A DNA stretch of 60,817 nt from Octopus bimaculoides (lineage: Eukaryota). Made by a program: the position numbers and the translations under genes. How positions within the stretch are numbered: position 1 is the stretch's first letter; every line of letters begins with the position of its first letter. The notes under the pieces are model-generated. The model did not search any database. It was given only the letters and a program-made list of their open reading frames with translations, and had not been told where the DNA came from. Shown here in pieces: positions 1-11,289 of this stretch. The stretch covers positions 57,573,722 through 57,634,538 of the forward strand of contig NC_068994.1 in the NCBI RefSeq assembly GCF_001194135.2, given 5' to 3'.

Positions 1-320
1 AACGGAACAATCACAAAGAGGAAATCATGTAAACTGATTGTTAAACTTAAACGGTACAAAAACAAGCAGAAAACGAAACAGATGACCAAAAACAAAAAAA
101 AAAGACAATATATAAAACAGCCAACAAAACAAAGGGAACAACAACAACAACAATAACAGCAACAAATGCCATAACAACAACAGCAACTAAAGTAACAACA
201 ACAGCAGCAGCAGAAAAACTAAGGAATGATAGAATTAAAAAGAAAACAGTAACAGAAAGAAATAAACCAGCAACAACAAAAACTATAATAACAATAACAA
301 TAATAATAATAATAACAACA
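1..320. repeat. A/C-rich low-complexity (ACA/AAT)n tract
   Basis: Degenerate aca/aac/aat repeats; the spurious poly-V/I ORF on the minus strand derives from it. Confidence 0.8.
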
Positions 321-1198
321 AGCATAAGAACCGGAGCAATTAGTCTCAGACGAATTCTTCAACTACACCGAATTCCAAAAGGATGATTAAGAATTTGATA
401 ACATTTGAACAGACAAAATATTCACATTAGAAGACGGCTTTGATAAAGTCGCCGTCCAAAAGACACCAAACGACAGACTTCAGCTAGGAATCAAATAAAG
501 CGTATTGATCACACAGAAAACATATCTAATCGAAGGAACAAGGAGGTGGGTGCTTAAAAATTGACCATGTTGCCATGTTCTCCCCCAACCCGGGAGAGAA
601 GTTGGAAAGTTGGATTCTTTTATCTCTTTAGATGGCAAGGAATGCGTATTTCATGCAAATCAGCCTAGTTTTCCTTTGTTTAGCGGCTGTGGCGAAGGAA
701 ATCGTGCTGTGGATGCGACTGGAAGGATTTCCCATTTTAGCTCATCACCTTCTTTCAGTACAACTTAAACACCACGGTGAGGGCTGAGAAAGAAGTGCGG
801 CTCCCTAGTTTGTACGTATGAGATGAGGAGGGTAAGGAGCAGAGAAATTGACAAGGTGAAATGGGCCTAGTCTGGTAATACAATATATTAAAGAGAGGTG
901 GTGAAGACCTGAAACGGGGCACCTTTTAAAGCTTTTTATGAGACATAGAAATCCCGGCTACTGCACGTGGTTTCTACCCCCAATTCTGTTCCGTGGTTTC
1001 CTCCTTACTGGAATCCCTTCTTGTTAGTGTTATCTATGTGTGGTGTGTTTTTATATCGGACTGTGATTGTGTAGGGCACGTGTTCTGTTAGTGTGTGTGT
1101 GTGCTGTGTTATGTTATAAACAAAGAAGTGGGGTTAACATATTTTGTTCAAATTATAATGTCGGATGCTATTATGTTAGGCTAGGTTGGATGTTATAA

Positions 1199-1511
1199 CG
1201 TGGTTTAGTGGTTAGGGTGTCCGGCTCACGGTCTCATAAGGTCGCGACTTCGATTCCCGACGGCGCGTTGTGTCCTCGAGCAAGACAATTTATTTCTCGT
1301 TGCTCCAGTTCACTCAACGGGCAAAAATGAGTTGTATTTTTCAAATGGGCCGGCCTTGTCCCATTCTATACCACGCTGAATCTGCCTGAGAACTACGTTA
1401 AGGGTACGCATGTCTGTGGAGTGCTCAGCCACTTGCACGTTAATCTCACGAGTAAACTGTTCTATTGATCGGATCAACTGGAACATTCGTCGTCGTAACC
1501 AGCGGAGTGCC
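1199..1511 (+). mobile_element. tRNA-derived SINE, family B (CORE-like domain)
   Basis: A-box tggtttagtgg, B-box-like ttcgattccc, CORE-like gtgtcctcgagcaagacaatttatttc..ctccagttcactca. Homologous copies at 19105-19400, 37752-38065 and 49628-49840. Confidence 0.8.
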
Positions 1512-2480
1512 AATTTATGTCGTATGTTATATTATTAGACTATGACCGATGGTATGACGTTAGATCATGTGTCATGTACAGAATATGTAGTTTTTTGTTT
1601 TATCTTATTGAATGAATGCCTCTTACAGAAGATTATGGTAGTGGATAAAAAGTATTTTAAATCATTTTTTCAGGCCCATTTAAGTAGTGAATTCAAACCC
1701 TACCCAGGTCAACTTTGCTTTTAATTTCTCCAATAAACTACAGGTCAAGTATTACAGTGTCTATATTCGACTAACCCCTTTTCTTTGGCATATTAGACTT
1801 GGTGACTAAATCAAAGTGTTATTATTATCAATGTCATCAACATCATCATCATCACTACCGCCATCATATCTCATGCCTACTTTTGTGTGATCTAATATGA
1901 TGTAGTTTATAAGAATCGACTCCAGTTAATTGCAGCTAATAAAATCATCGACCCTAGAGAGATCAAATTAAATACGATCTTATCGGGATTTCAGTGCAGG
2001 AAGTTAATTATGGAAAGTGATTCGTCCGGCATTGTACGGTTTGCACTAGTTTGACCCACCCCAGTAATTATAGTAATGGTAATAATAATGTCTTATAATG
2101 CCAATGCTTTCATAGTATTTATATCTTGTTCCGAGGCGAAATATGAATTCTCACCCTTAAAATGGACGGCAACGTCTAAAATATCTGAATACTTTTTGCA
2201 GAGTGCTGAAGTTTTGGATCTCTGAACTGATGCTATCCATTTTTCTTTTGTTTGTTAGTAATGCCAAACGTTAAACTTCCAGCCATACCCAAATGCAATC
2301 GCTTGCGACTATCGATGTTTGACAAACCTTCATAAGAAGAAAATGGAGGATTAGAAAGTTAACTTCGCGCGTATTGATTTAAACGTTCTGCAGCTGTACT
2401 CACTGTAACTGTACTTGTATCTCTCGAAGAATCGGTGACTACTCTCTCATCTTGCTTCTTTCGTTTTCCCATCCATTTTT

Positions 2481-3404
2481 TCATTTATCATCCTTCTCTA
2501 TTTTCTCAACGTTGTCATCTTCGTTTCTCTCAACGTCGACATCTTCGTTTTTCTCAACGTCGACATCTTCGTTTTTCTCAACGTCGACATTTTCGTTTTT
2601 CTCAATGTTGTCATCTCTTTTATGAATTCTTGCCATACGTCTCTCTAATTCTTGTTTGGATTGAATGTGTGTGTAATACGTGTAATACATGAGGAAATTA
2701 TTGACAATAATGGGAACAGTGAAAGCAACCATTAACACACCGGTGATGGCACAAACGGAACCAATTATATAGCCAAAGAAATTTGATGGGAACATATCTC
2801 CATAACCAACTGTAGTCATAGTGACCAGTGCCCACCACAGACCAATAGGAATATTGGTGAAATTATCATCTTCTGCATGATAAATTAAAGTTGCAAATAC
2901 AATCATACCGACCATCATGAAGCCGTTCATCAACAACAAATCCCAGATACTGGCTTTGAATGTGTAGAGCAAAATCCACAATCCTGGGACGTAACGCACC
3001 AATCGGAAAATCCTGAGCGAACGAAATAATGCTAAAACATTCACGTAGTGCATTACTTCATTGGCCTTTGTTGCCTCCAGCGTAGTGCTGATAAAAATAG
3101 CGACATAATCAGGTACGAGCGAGGCAATGTCCACAAGATTTAATGCATTAAAAAGGAAACGCCTCCTGTTTGGGTAACTGAAGTATTTGATTATCAAATC
3201 ACATGTGAAGAATATGAGACAAATTAAATCAATTAAGATAAATGCAGGATGAGGCATAGAGGTAAATTCCCGCTCACTCGTTTTGTTTAAGTGTAATATT
3301 CCAAAAAAATCACGATCGCCTTTTACTCGGCAGCAAGGATGAGTAACTACGATGAAAGATATTACGGAGAGGATAATAAACGTAATTGTTATCGTGGAAT
3401 AAAT
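2481..3404 (-). CDS. Shaw: Shaw/Kv3-like voltage-gated potassium channel, coding exon 2 (S1-S6, pore, acidic C-tail; 307 aa plus stop)
   Basis: The ORF-track ORF extends upstream in frame to the acceptor ttctgcttctgttgacAG|ATT at 3404, giving S1 IYSTITITFIILSVISFIVVTHP. Further motifs: S2 IDLICLIFFTCDL, S3 NLVDIASLVP, S4 FRSLRIFRLVR, pore IPIGLWWALVTMTTVGYGDM (Shaw-type), S6 GVLMVAFTVPIIVNNF. Stop TGA at 2483-2481. It joins exon 1 in frame with no topology missing. Confidence 0.95.
   Translation of the reverse strand: MYSTITITFIILSVISFIVVTHPCCRVKGDRDFFGILHLNKTSEREFTSMPHPAFILIDLICLIFFTCDLIIKYFSYPNRRRFLFNALNLVDIASLVPDYVAIFISTTLEATKANEVMHYVNVLALFRSLRIFRLVRYVPGLWILLYTFKASIWDLLLMNGFMMVGMIVFATLIYHAEDDNFTNIPIGLWWALVTMTTVGYGDMFPSNFFGYIIGSVCAITGVLMVAFTVPIIVNNFLMYYTYYTHIQSKQELERRMARIHKRDDNIEKNENVDVEKNEDVDVEKNEDVDVERNEDDNVEKIEKDDK
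2496..2615 (-). repeat. Coding 24-bp tandem repeat (5 units) encoding (D/N)(D/V)(D/N)(V/I)EKNE in the channel C-tail
   Basis: Protein DDNIEKNE/NVDVEKNE/DVDVEKNE/DVDVERNE/DDNVEKIE; plus-strand DNA unit ctcaacgtcgacatcttcgttttt. Confidence 0.9.
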
Positions 3405-4256
3405 CTGTCAACAGAAGCAGAACAAAAAGAAGCAATTAAAATATGTTATAATCTTTAATAATGAACAAAAATCATTTATCGTAGACAGTGATGCCAATGA
3501 AAGTTGGCCATTTGGAAGGCAACATATGTGTACAAGAAACCAATGGAAGGCAACATATGTGTACAAAAATGAAACCATTAAACATGTAATAAACCATGAT
3601 GCAAAATATTCAACCAATTTTTACCACACCATTGGGGAGAGTATTACTGGCGAGGAATAATAAAAGATCTTTATATATATACATCTATATCATATTTCAG
3701 GAGGAATTTCCTTGAATTCCTTCCTTTGAAGTCAAAGTTTTGTGTTGTTATAACCTTACTGACTCAGAGAAGGAAGGGACATACTGGATACTGTAGTTTT
3801 AGAAATACGTCTTAAAATATAGGATAGTTACAGTTGAAATGTAAGGCCTGTGACACTTTTAGTTTTTCCATACAGTTGAGGTTAGTGAGAGAAAGGGAGA
3901 AAGTTATCTTCGAACCAGAGCCGGCTAATTATTATTTCCTCCACAGCTAATTAACATGAATTAAGATAAACTTTGGACATCAATGTGACAATTCTAGATA
4001 TAGTTGAGCTTCCTAAGATTTTATCAGTGAAGTGTAGCCTTTGCGATACTTGCCGAACTCCATATAAGGACAGAAGACACAGGTGTCATATATGTGGTGA
4101 TAAGAACCAATTGCAAGCCTTCTGACTACAAGAGAAAGCGAAAACATGTAGGTTCCACTGCTTCCAACAACTGCAACACCAACAGCACGAAACTAAACAA
4201 ACAGCTACAGCAGCAGCAACTACAGCTTCAACAGTAAAATAAGCAGCAGATTTAAA

Positions 4257-4340
4257 AACAGAAAGCAACAGCAGCAACGGCAGCAGCAACGGCAGCAGCA
4301 ACGGCAGCAGCAACGGCAGCAGCAACGGCAGCAGCAGCGA
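4257..4340. repeat. (GCAGCAACG)n 9-mer minisatellite within a CAG/CAA-rich tract
   Basis: About 6 consecutive gcagcaacg units are visible. Confidence 0.85.
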
Positions 4341-4500
4341 CCCCCCCCCCCTCCTTGACAATAACAAAACGATACACTTTTCTCTTTGGTCAAGTCTTCA
4401 CCAACTTTTTCAAGTTCCACTCGAAAAGGAAAGTGCGAGGGGAAAGGGGAGTGCAATCAAATTCACCAAAATTTCAGGATTTCTGCCTATTGTAGAAAGT

Positions 4501-4735
4501 AAGGCGGCGAAGAGCTGTCAGAACCGTTAGCTCGCCGGACGAAATGCTTAGCGCCATTTCATCCGTCTTTACGTTCTGAGTTCAAATTCCGCCGAGGTCG
4601 TCTTTACCTTTCATCTTTTTGGGGTTGATAAAAGAAGTACAGCCGAGCAGTGGGGTCGATGTAATGGACTTAACCCCTCCCCCAAAGTTTCAGGCCTTGT
4701 GCCTATAGTAGAAAAGATTATTAATATTATAATAA
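4501..4735 (+). mobile_element. tRNA-derived SINE, family A (tail type 2, ending in ATT repeats)
   Basis: Head aaggcggcg..agctg.cagaa.cgttagc, B-box gagttcaaattcc, central gaggtcg..tttacctttcatc...ggggtcgatgtaat, tail ggccttgtgcctatagtagaaaagattatt. More than 20 related copies in the window. Confidence 0.85.
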
Positions 4736-6434
4736 AATGGTATTCTATAGAGGTTTAGTGGCGGGCAAAAGCAACGACATTCTAAGGGAGACTTTAATTG
4801 TCAACGGGAATCAAACGAGCTTTCTGTGCCGAAGAACTTACAGGTCGGGGTCCATGAATAATTTTCAGAAATCTCTGGATTGACAGTGCGACCGGGGGTT
4901 GGGACATTGCTGATTGGAGAGAGATTCAACAGGCAGCTGCCAGCTCGCTGCCTTTCAGTGCCTGAGTATTGTTGATTTGTGGGGTTATACCAAACACCTG
5001 TAATCGCGTGTAGGATGAGTCCATTGTGAAAATTGCCCCTCCACTTTAGTGGGAGAGTATGTAGGCGCAGAGTAGAATTAGAAAAAAAGAAAACCTGTCC
5101 AAATTGATTGAGCTTCTTTAGAGCCAACGGCACTTATATCCTGGACAGGAGATGGGTACCTCCAGGATTATTAAGACCAAAAATAAAAGCCACACCAATA
5201 TTCAATTTTTTACCAATATTTTACCAGTGTTTAATTTTTTACCACTTAAATGCATAACGAAAATCCAGGTTCGTCAGTGTGGAAAAAAAATTTTTTATAG
5301 TTGAGTTGTCCTGTCGACAGAAATGCTATACGGAAAGAGAAATGGAGTGATCAACCACGATATTTATGCTTAAAACAAAATATTCCATTGGTAATTCTTT
5401 GCTTTTTAAATGACCCAAACGTATTGCTACAGGTGGTTTGTTTACAATAAAAGCGATAGGTGCAACAGTTTATTTCAATGAAACAATGTAAACAAGCTAC
5501 GTTTTCCGACCTTTTCTTTCATAAATTAATTCGTTTTAATATCTTTTCGCATAACTTATCACATTTAAATGGTTGTTCTAAAATACATTATTCATATTCA
5601 AGAATTCAAAGCAAACAAAATCATGCATTTGAAAGCGAAACGCTTCGGGCCTTTGTTGACATGTTTTGTCTTTAATGAGAGAATAGAATGGAACATTCTA
5701 ATTTTTTTTCCCATAGTCAAATTGATTGTATGTGTTGTAAATACATTTCCTTTTGTTTGAAAATTACAACGTAACATGCGATCGGCCGTGTTTACAGGTG
5801 TTTTGTGGTCAAAACACGGTATTTGCGTGAAACATTCACGGTAGATTATTCTGACGTAAAACACAAAGAATGAAATTAATATTAACACCTGTTGAATGAC
5901 GTCACTGTTTGTATCCAATACCTTTAACTTGCTTCATATCAATATGGTTCTTTGATCTTTTCCTTGGAGAAAAAAACGGTAGCTCTTCCTACACTCCCCC
6001 CCCCCCACTTTTTTTTATTTAATTTCAAAACGCAAATTTATACAGCTTCATTTAACCGCTTAGAATAATCATAAAATATCTCACGGTTTTGTTCTTCTTG
6101 GTGTTGTTAAACTCCAGCCTTAATCGAGTCCGCTTCTAAGCAAAGCATTCTAGCCGTGACCATCCCATCCATTTATTTTTCAAGTCTTGTACGTGTATCT
6201 AAGAAGTCTGTTCAAATATAATTCCATTCATGTCTTAGACGCATTTTAAGAATACCTCCCCCCACACACAATTGACATGTACTTTATTTTATCGACCTCG
6301 AAAGGATGAACGACGATGTTGACTACAGTGAGATTCTCTTTGCACAAAAGAGGTAAAGGACGCCACCAAATTCCACAAAGCACTTTACCTGACACTCTTC
6401 AAGTCTACCACTTCACAACACAAGTTGTCAAACT

Positions 6435-6636
6435 TTGGTTTCAAACTTTGGCACAAGGCCAGCAATTTAGAAGGGGTAGAAATCGATTTCGCCGATTCCA
6501 ATGCTCGACTGGTATTTATTTTATTGATGAAATGCAAAGTCGACTTCGGAGTAATTTGAACTCGGAACGTAAAGGCAACCGTAATATCGCTAAGCATTTT
6601 GTCCGAGGCACTAACGATTCTGCCAGCTTCCCCACC
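6435..6636 (-). mobile_element. SINE family A, diverged
   Basis: Reverse complement of the family A head (gcactaacgattctgccagct), B-box (atttgaactcggaacg) and tail (tttggcacaaggccagcaattt). Confidence 0.75.
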
Positions 6637-6650
6637 TCCATATTTTTTAG

Positions 6651-7051
6651 TTCTTTTACTCTTTTACACGTTTCAGTCATTTGACTGCGGCCATGTTGGG
6701 GCACCGCCTTTAGGCGAACAAATCAACCCCAGGACTTATTATTTGCAAGCCTAGTACTTATTCTATCGGTCTCTTTTGCCAAACAGCTTAGTTTCGGGGA
6801 CATAAACACACCAACATCGGTTGCCAAGTGATGGGGGAGGACAAACATAAAATCATGCACATATATATATATATATATATATATATACAACGGGCTTCTT
6901 TCAGCTTCCGTCTACCAAATCCACTCACAGGGATTTGGTTGGCCCGTAGCTATAGTAGAAGACATTTTCCCAAGGTGCCACGAAGTGGGACTAAACCCGG
7001 AACCATGTAGTTGGGAAACAAGCTTCTAACCACACAGCCACGCCTGCGCCT
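6651..7051 (-). mobile_element. tRNA-derived SINE, family C, full length with internal (TA)n microsatellite
   Basis: On the minus strand: ggcgcaggcgtggctgtgtggttagaag (A-box), ggtttagtccc (B-box), CORE-like gtggcaccttgggaaaatgtcttctact, internal (TA)n, body ...ggtgccccaacatggccgcagtcaaatgactgaaac, (AAAAGAGT)-type tail. Confidence 0.85.
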
Positions 7052-8193
7052 TTGTTACTAAATATGTTACTAAATATTGCTAAATATTAAACCGGATTCG
7101 AATTCCTTGTGTGTTCTTGTGTCTATATTTCCGTAGTATTTTCTCAATCTAAGGAAATACATTTAATCTTTGTCCCCTCCCACCCATACTCGGTCCCAAA
7201 GGCATCTGCGACCAGCTTTATTTTTTTTAAAGCTCTGGTTGAGGGCTGAGTTTCAGTCGAGGTTATTCACAATGTAATGTGTTCTGCTTGTTTATGTTAC
7301 GAAACTAAAAAAAAAGGGAAAAGTCTACAAGCACTCCACCTTATAAATGATTTTCCCCAAAACAGCAGAATATCAACCTTCCTTTAAACCTTCAAACTTG
7401 ATCGGCGCCACGAGATAAATAAATTAAAAAATTGGAAATTGTACCCAGATAATAAAACTACGAACTCGTTGGATTGTCATAAATTGTATCATTGAAACTT
7501 CTAAATATTCACAATGTTTGCGCTACTCTATGCTGAAAGGTTGATTACACAAACAGAGAAAGCTGGTTTATATAACTTCAAGTTCTTTTGTTAAGAGCAT
7601 GGACAATATTTGATAATTTGTAATAGAGTAAACGATTCATCAAATAGATACGTCATGAGAGTAGTAGACAAACATAAAATCAGGATTTCGACGACAGGTG
7701 ATTTACTCACCTCTGGCTTGGTCCACCTGCTACTAAAGTTGCTTGGCGCCACATCTAACTTGATCAAGATAGCTATGATCGAAACATTATGTTCATGACC
7801 ATGTCATCTTTTATTTCTTACCCGCTACAGGATCCAGTGTGTGTACCTATTATTTATTTATGACTTAAAACAGTAAGGTGTGATTCGAAAGTGATGTGCT
7901 TATTATTGTTTGTGGGTTGTCAGGTGATCAGGTCAATGTGTCTCTTGTTGGATCATATTTTGAGTGTGTCACAAGGAAGTGATATAAGCAGCTGGTGTCA
8001 TTGTTGCCTTTTAACCTCAGCCCTACCCGGATCCATGGAAACATTTCACTCCTTTTACTCACAATGATTTCTTCACATTGATCGGTAAATGACCACAATG
8101 AGAAACGGAAAATCCTGATTTAACAACGCATTCAAAGCTTCCTTTCTACTTCTACGTTTGTATCTGCATTTAACGTTTTAACGCACTGCTCTG

Positions 8194-8240
<47 letters not shown>

Positions 8241-8327
8241 CCGAGCATTATAGCTTTCATAAATATCGAAATATCCTAAAAGCAACTAAAACCTGTGTAT
8301 TTAATTCAACATACTATAATCGACATA

Positions 8328-8538
8328 TTTATTTCTTTATTGTCCACAGGGGGCTAAACATAGAGGGGACAAACAAGGACGGACAAAGGAATTAAGTCGA
8401 TTACATCGACCCCCCTGCGTAACTGATACTTATTTAATCGACCTCGGCGGAATTTGAACTCAGAACGAAATTCCGGCAGATGAAATATCGCTAAGCATTT
8501 CGCCCGGCGTGCTAACGATTCAGCCAGCTCGCCGCCTT
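8328..8538 (-). mobile_element. SINE family A (tail type 1), internally deleted
   Basis: Head reverse complement ccagctcgccgcctt; tail tttgtcccctctatgtttagcccc..aataaagaaat. Confidence 0.85.
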
Positions 8539-9110
8539 ATTATAATCGACATTTGTAATCAAGAAGATTTGGCTTCAAATAATTGACCAACAAAAATAAT
8601 CGGTCAATGTTTAGCCTTTAGTGTTACTGTAGATAAAACATTTAACTCTTTAGACAACGATCAGTATCATTATTTTCTGGTTTTGTTGTCTTCTTTATAG
8701 GATATCAAATGGGATATCAAATGAATTATCATGATGTATCATGCGTTCATCAACTGAATACGTCACGTCATTTAAATTAGGGTTTTGTATGGGTTTTGAA
8801 ACTTGACCTACAAGTATTAGCAGCAGGTAATGGATGGCTTATCATAATTGGTTTGAGCATCAGTTTCAGCCAAACTTCGAGGTCACAGTCATTCCTTTTT
8901 TTCTGCTGAGTAAACTATTCCGACTCAACAACAGTATTGAGTAATTTTTTTTTTAGCGGATGTCACCTGGTGTTTGTAACTTACTTTTCAAGTACCAATT
9001 TCATACACACACACACACACACACACACATACACACACACACACACACACACATACACACACACACATCATCATCATCATCATCACCACCATCGTTTAAC
9101 GTCCATCCTC

Positions 9111-9390
9111 AAATGTGGTTGGTGTAATGGAGACTACATAGGTCAAACTAGTTTAATCTTGAAGGACAGACTGACAGTACACAGGCAACAAATCTGGGAC
9201 CTCCACGACCAGGAAAATTCCCGTAAGCAAACACCTAGATCAATGCCCCGCAGGCATAAACCCGACATACCAAATCTTCCATCTCTATCAATGCCATGGA
9301 AACACTTAAACACAATTTCGATTGAATAAAGCATGATCATTAAAAAATAAAAACCACAGCTAGATAGCCTTTAATAACATACTAAAAAGA
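9111..9390 (+). mobile_element. Penelope-like element GIY-YIG endonuclease remnant (frameshifted)
   Basis: KCGWCNGDYIGQTSLILKDRLTVHRQQI, then in a shifted frame RKIPVSKHLDQC...YQIFHLYQC with stops. Matches the PLE GIY-YIG pattern CxxC..YIGxT..L..R..H. Confidence 0.75.
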
Positions 9391-9946
9391 AGAAAAACTC
9401 AATTTCTCCACAACAAAAGAAGCAAGCAGATACAACAGACATAATTAGCAACAGGCTCCCTCCTGGGTTTCGGAACTCCAACTCCAAATCACTATACAAT
9501 AACATTATACACTTCAAACAACAGTTGCTGACGTCACTTCTCACTAGACCAATGAAATTTTACCTCCGGACACTCAGAAAAAGTCAAACTGAAACCTTAA
9601 GAGAATCAACCAACCGGAATGGTTGACAACCATTAGGCAAAGACTAATGTCCGAGTTCCTACAGGAAAGTCAACCAAACAGAAGGCCAAACTTTACCCAA
9701 AATTACGTCACGAGACCCACTGCCTGTTCTTCAACCAAAACATTAATGCAAAAACAAAATCTATATTTTGACCAAAAACATCCACCAGTGAATCAAAAAT
9801 CAGATCCTTTCGCGTAAAAATACATATTCTTTGATTCCCCATAACACTCCGTTAAAAGCAGAAAGACCATTACGCAACGGAAAAAAGAGCTACACGCAAG
9901 ACGAAGGAAACTGTAAAAAAGAAAAGGAAAAACCTTTTTCTTCTCC

Positions 9947-9994
<48 letters not shown>

Positions 9995-10339
9995 NNNNNN
10001 NNNNNNNNNNNNNNNNNNNNNNNNNNNNNNNNNNNNNNNNNNNNNNNNNNNNNNNNNNNNNNNNNNNNNNNNNNNNNNNNNNNNNNNNNNNNNNNNNNNN
10101 NNNNNNNNNNNNNNNNNNNNNNNNNNNNNNNNNNNNNNNNNNNNNNNNNNNNNNNNNNNNNNNNNNNNNNNNNNNNNNNNNNNNNNNNNNNNNNNNNNNN
10201 NNNNNNNNNNNNNNNNNNNNNNNNNNNNNNNNNNNNNNNNNNNNNNNNNNNNNNNNNNNNNNNNNNNNNNNNNNNNNNNNNNNNNNNNNNNNNNNNNNNN
10301 NNNNNNNNNNNNNNNNNNNNNNNNNNNNNNNNNNNNNNN

Positions 10340-10403
<64 letters not shown>

Positions 10404-10683
10404 GCCAAAAAGAACTTAAATGACATACAGTTCGATGGTCTAGACTTCAAAGTCACTGTCAATACAATTTTTGCTAAAGAAAAATAATTTTGTGCTCTAC
10501 CACTGAGTTATCCTACTACATATATGAATACATATATACATACATATAGATAGATAGATAAATAGATAGATAGATAGATAGATAGATACATACATACATA
10601 CATACATACATACAAACATACATACATACATACATACATACATACATACATACATACATACATACATACATACATACATAGAT

Positions 10684-10880
10684 ATAGTTGGAATTTACAG
10701 AAAACCAAAAGACGAAGACAGGTGCATAAACAACAAACAAGTGTATTAGTTTAACGCTCGGGAAGGTGAGAAAGTATTTTACGTTTCGAGCCTACGCTCT
10801 TCAGCAGAAAGGAACACGAGAAAATAAACAGATAGAGAATAAAAAAAGAAAGCTTTAGTAGCTAGCGGTCAATCATGGCG
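10684..10880 (-). mobile_element. Probable Penelope-like terminal repeat fragment with a hammerhead-like core
   Basis: The minus strand reads ctgCTGAAGAGCGTAGGCTCGAAACGTaaaatac (10804-10781), the CTGAAGA...GAAAC motif typical of PLE termini. Confidence 0.5.
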
Positions 10881-10919
10881 ATATATATATACATATATAC
10901 ACACACATACATATATGCC

Positions 10920-11255
10920 CGATGTTATTTAAAATTGGTACACAGAACACAAGAGTGAAATAGACCACTCGGACTGGCCCACAGAATCACAAGATCTCAA
11001 CATAATCGAATATCTGTGCTTAATTTTGCCGCAGCAATTAAGGAACCACATCTTTCTGTTATCGTCGCCTAAAGACCTAAATCAGATTTCACTTGAAGAA
11101 TGGCTCAAAATTCCGCTAAAAGACTTTTTACTGTATGAGTCAATGCCTGAACAAACTAAAGCTGTGATCGAATGCCAAATTTCGAAATATTTTCCTAATA
11201 AATAATTAAAATTCCAATGAGAAAAGCGTTTCATTTCTTTTGTCTGACTTAGACA
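10920..11255 (+). mobile_element. Tc1-like transposase 3' remnant (tandem unit 1)
   Basis: Homologous to 14690-15180 and 16470-16930 (HL.WP..SQDLNIIE..W, LEEW region). Confidence 0.65.
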
Positions 11256-11289
11256 CACACTCACATACACACAATTTTGATTTAAGTAA

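Noticed and set aside
425-470. Hairpin gacggc..gccgtc preceded by tagaaga, as a hammerhead
   Set aside because: Core nucleotides CUGANGA and GAAA are not intact.
3513-3567. 31-bp-period duplication (tggaaggcaacatatgtgtacaa) about 110-160 nt from the exon 2 acceptor
   Set aside because: Two-copy slippage duplication with no evidence of function; the acceptor and pyrimidine tract are unaffected.
4801-5133. 110-aa minus-strand ORF in the intron as an extra Kv exon
   Set aside because: No channel homology, and exons 1 and 2 already join in frame with complete topology.
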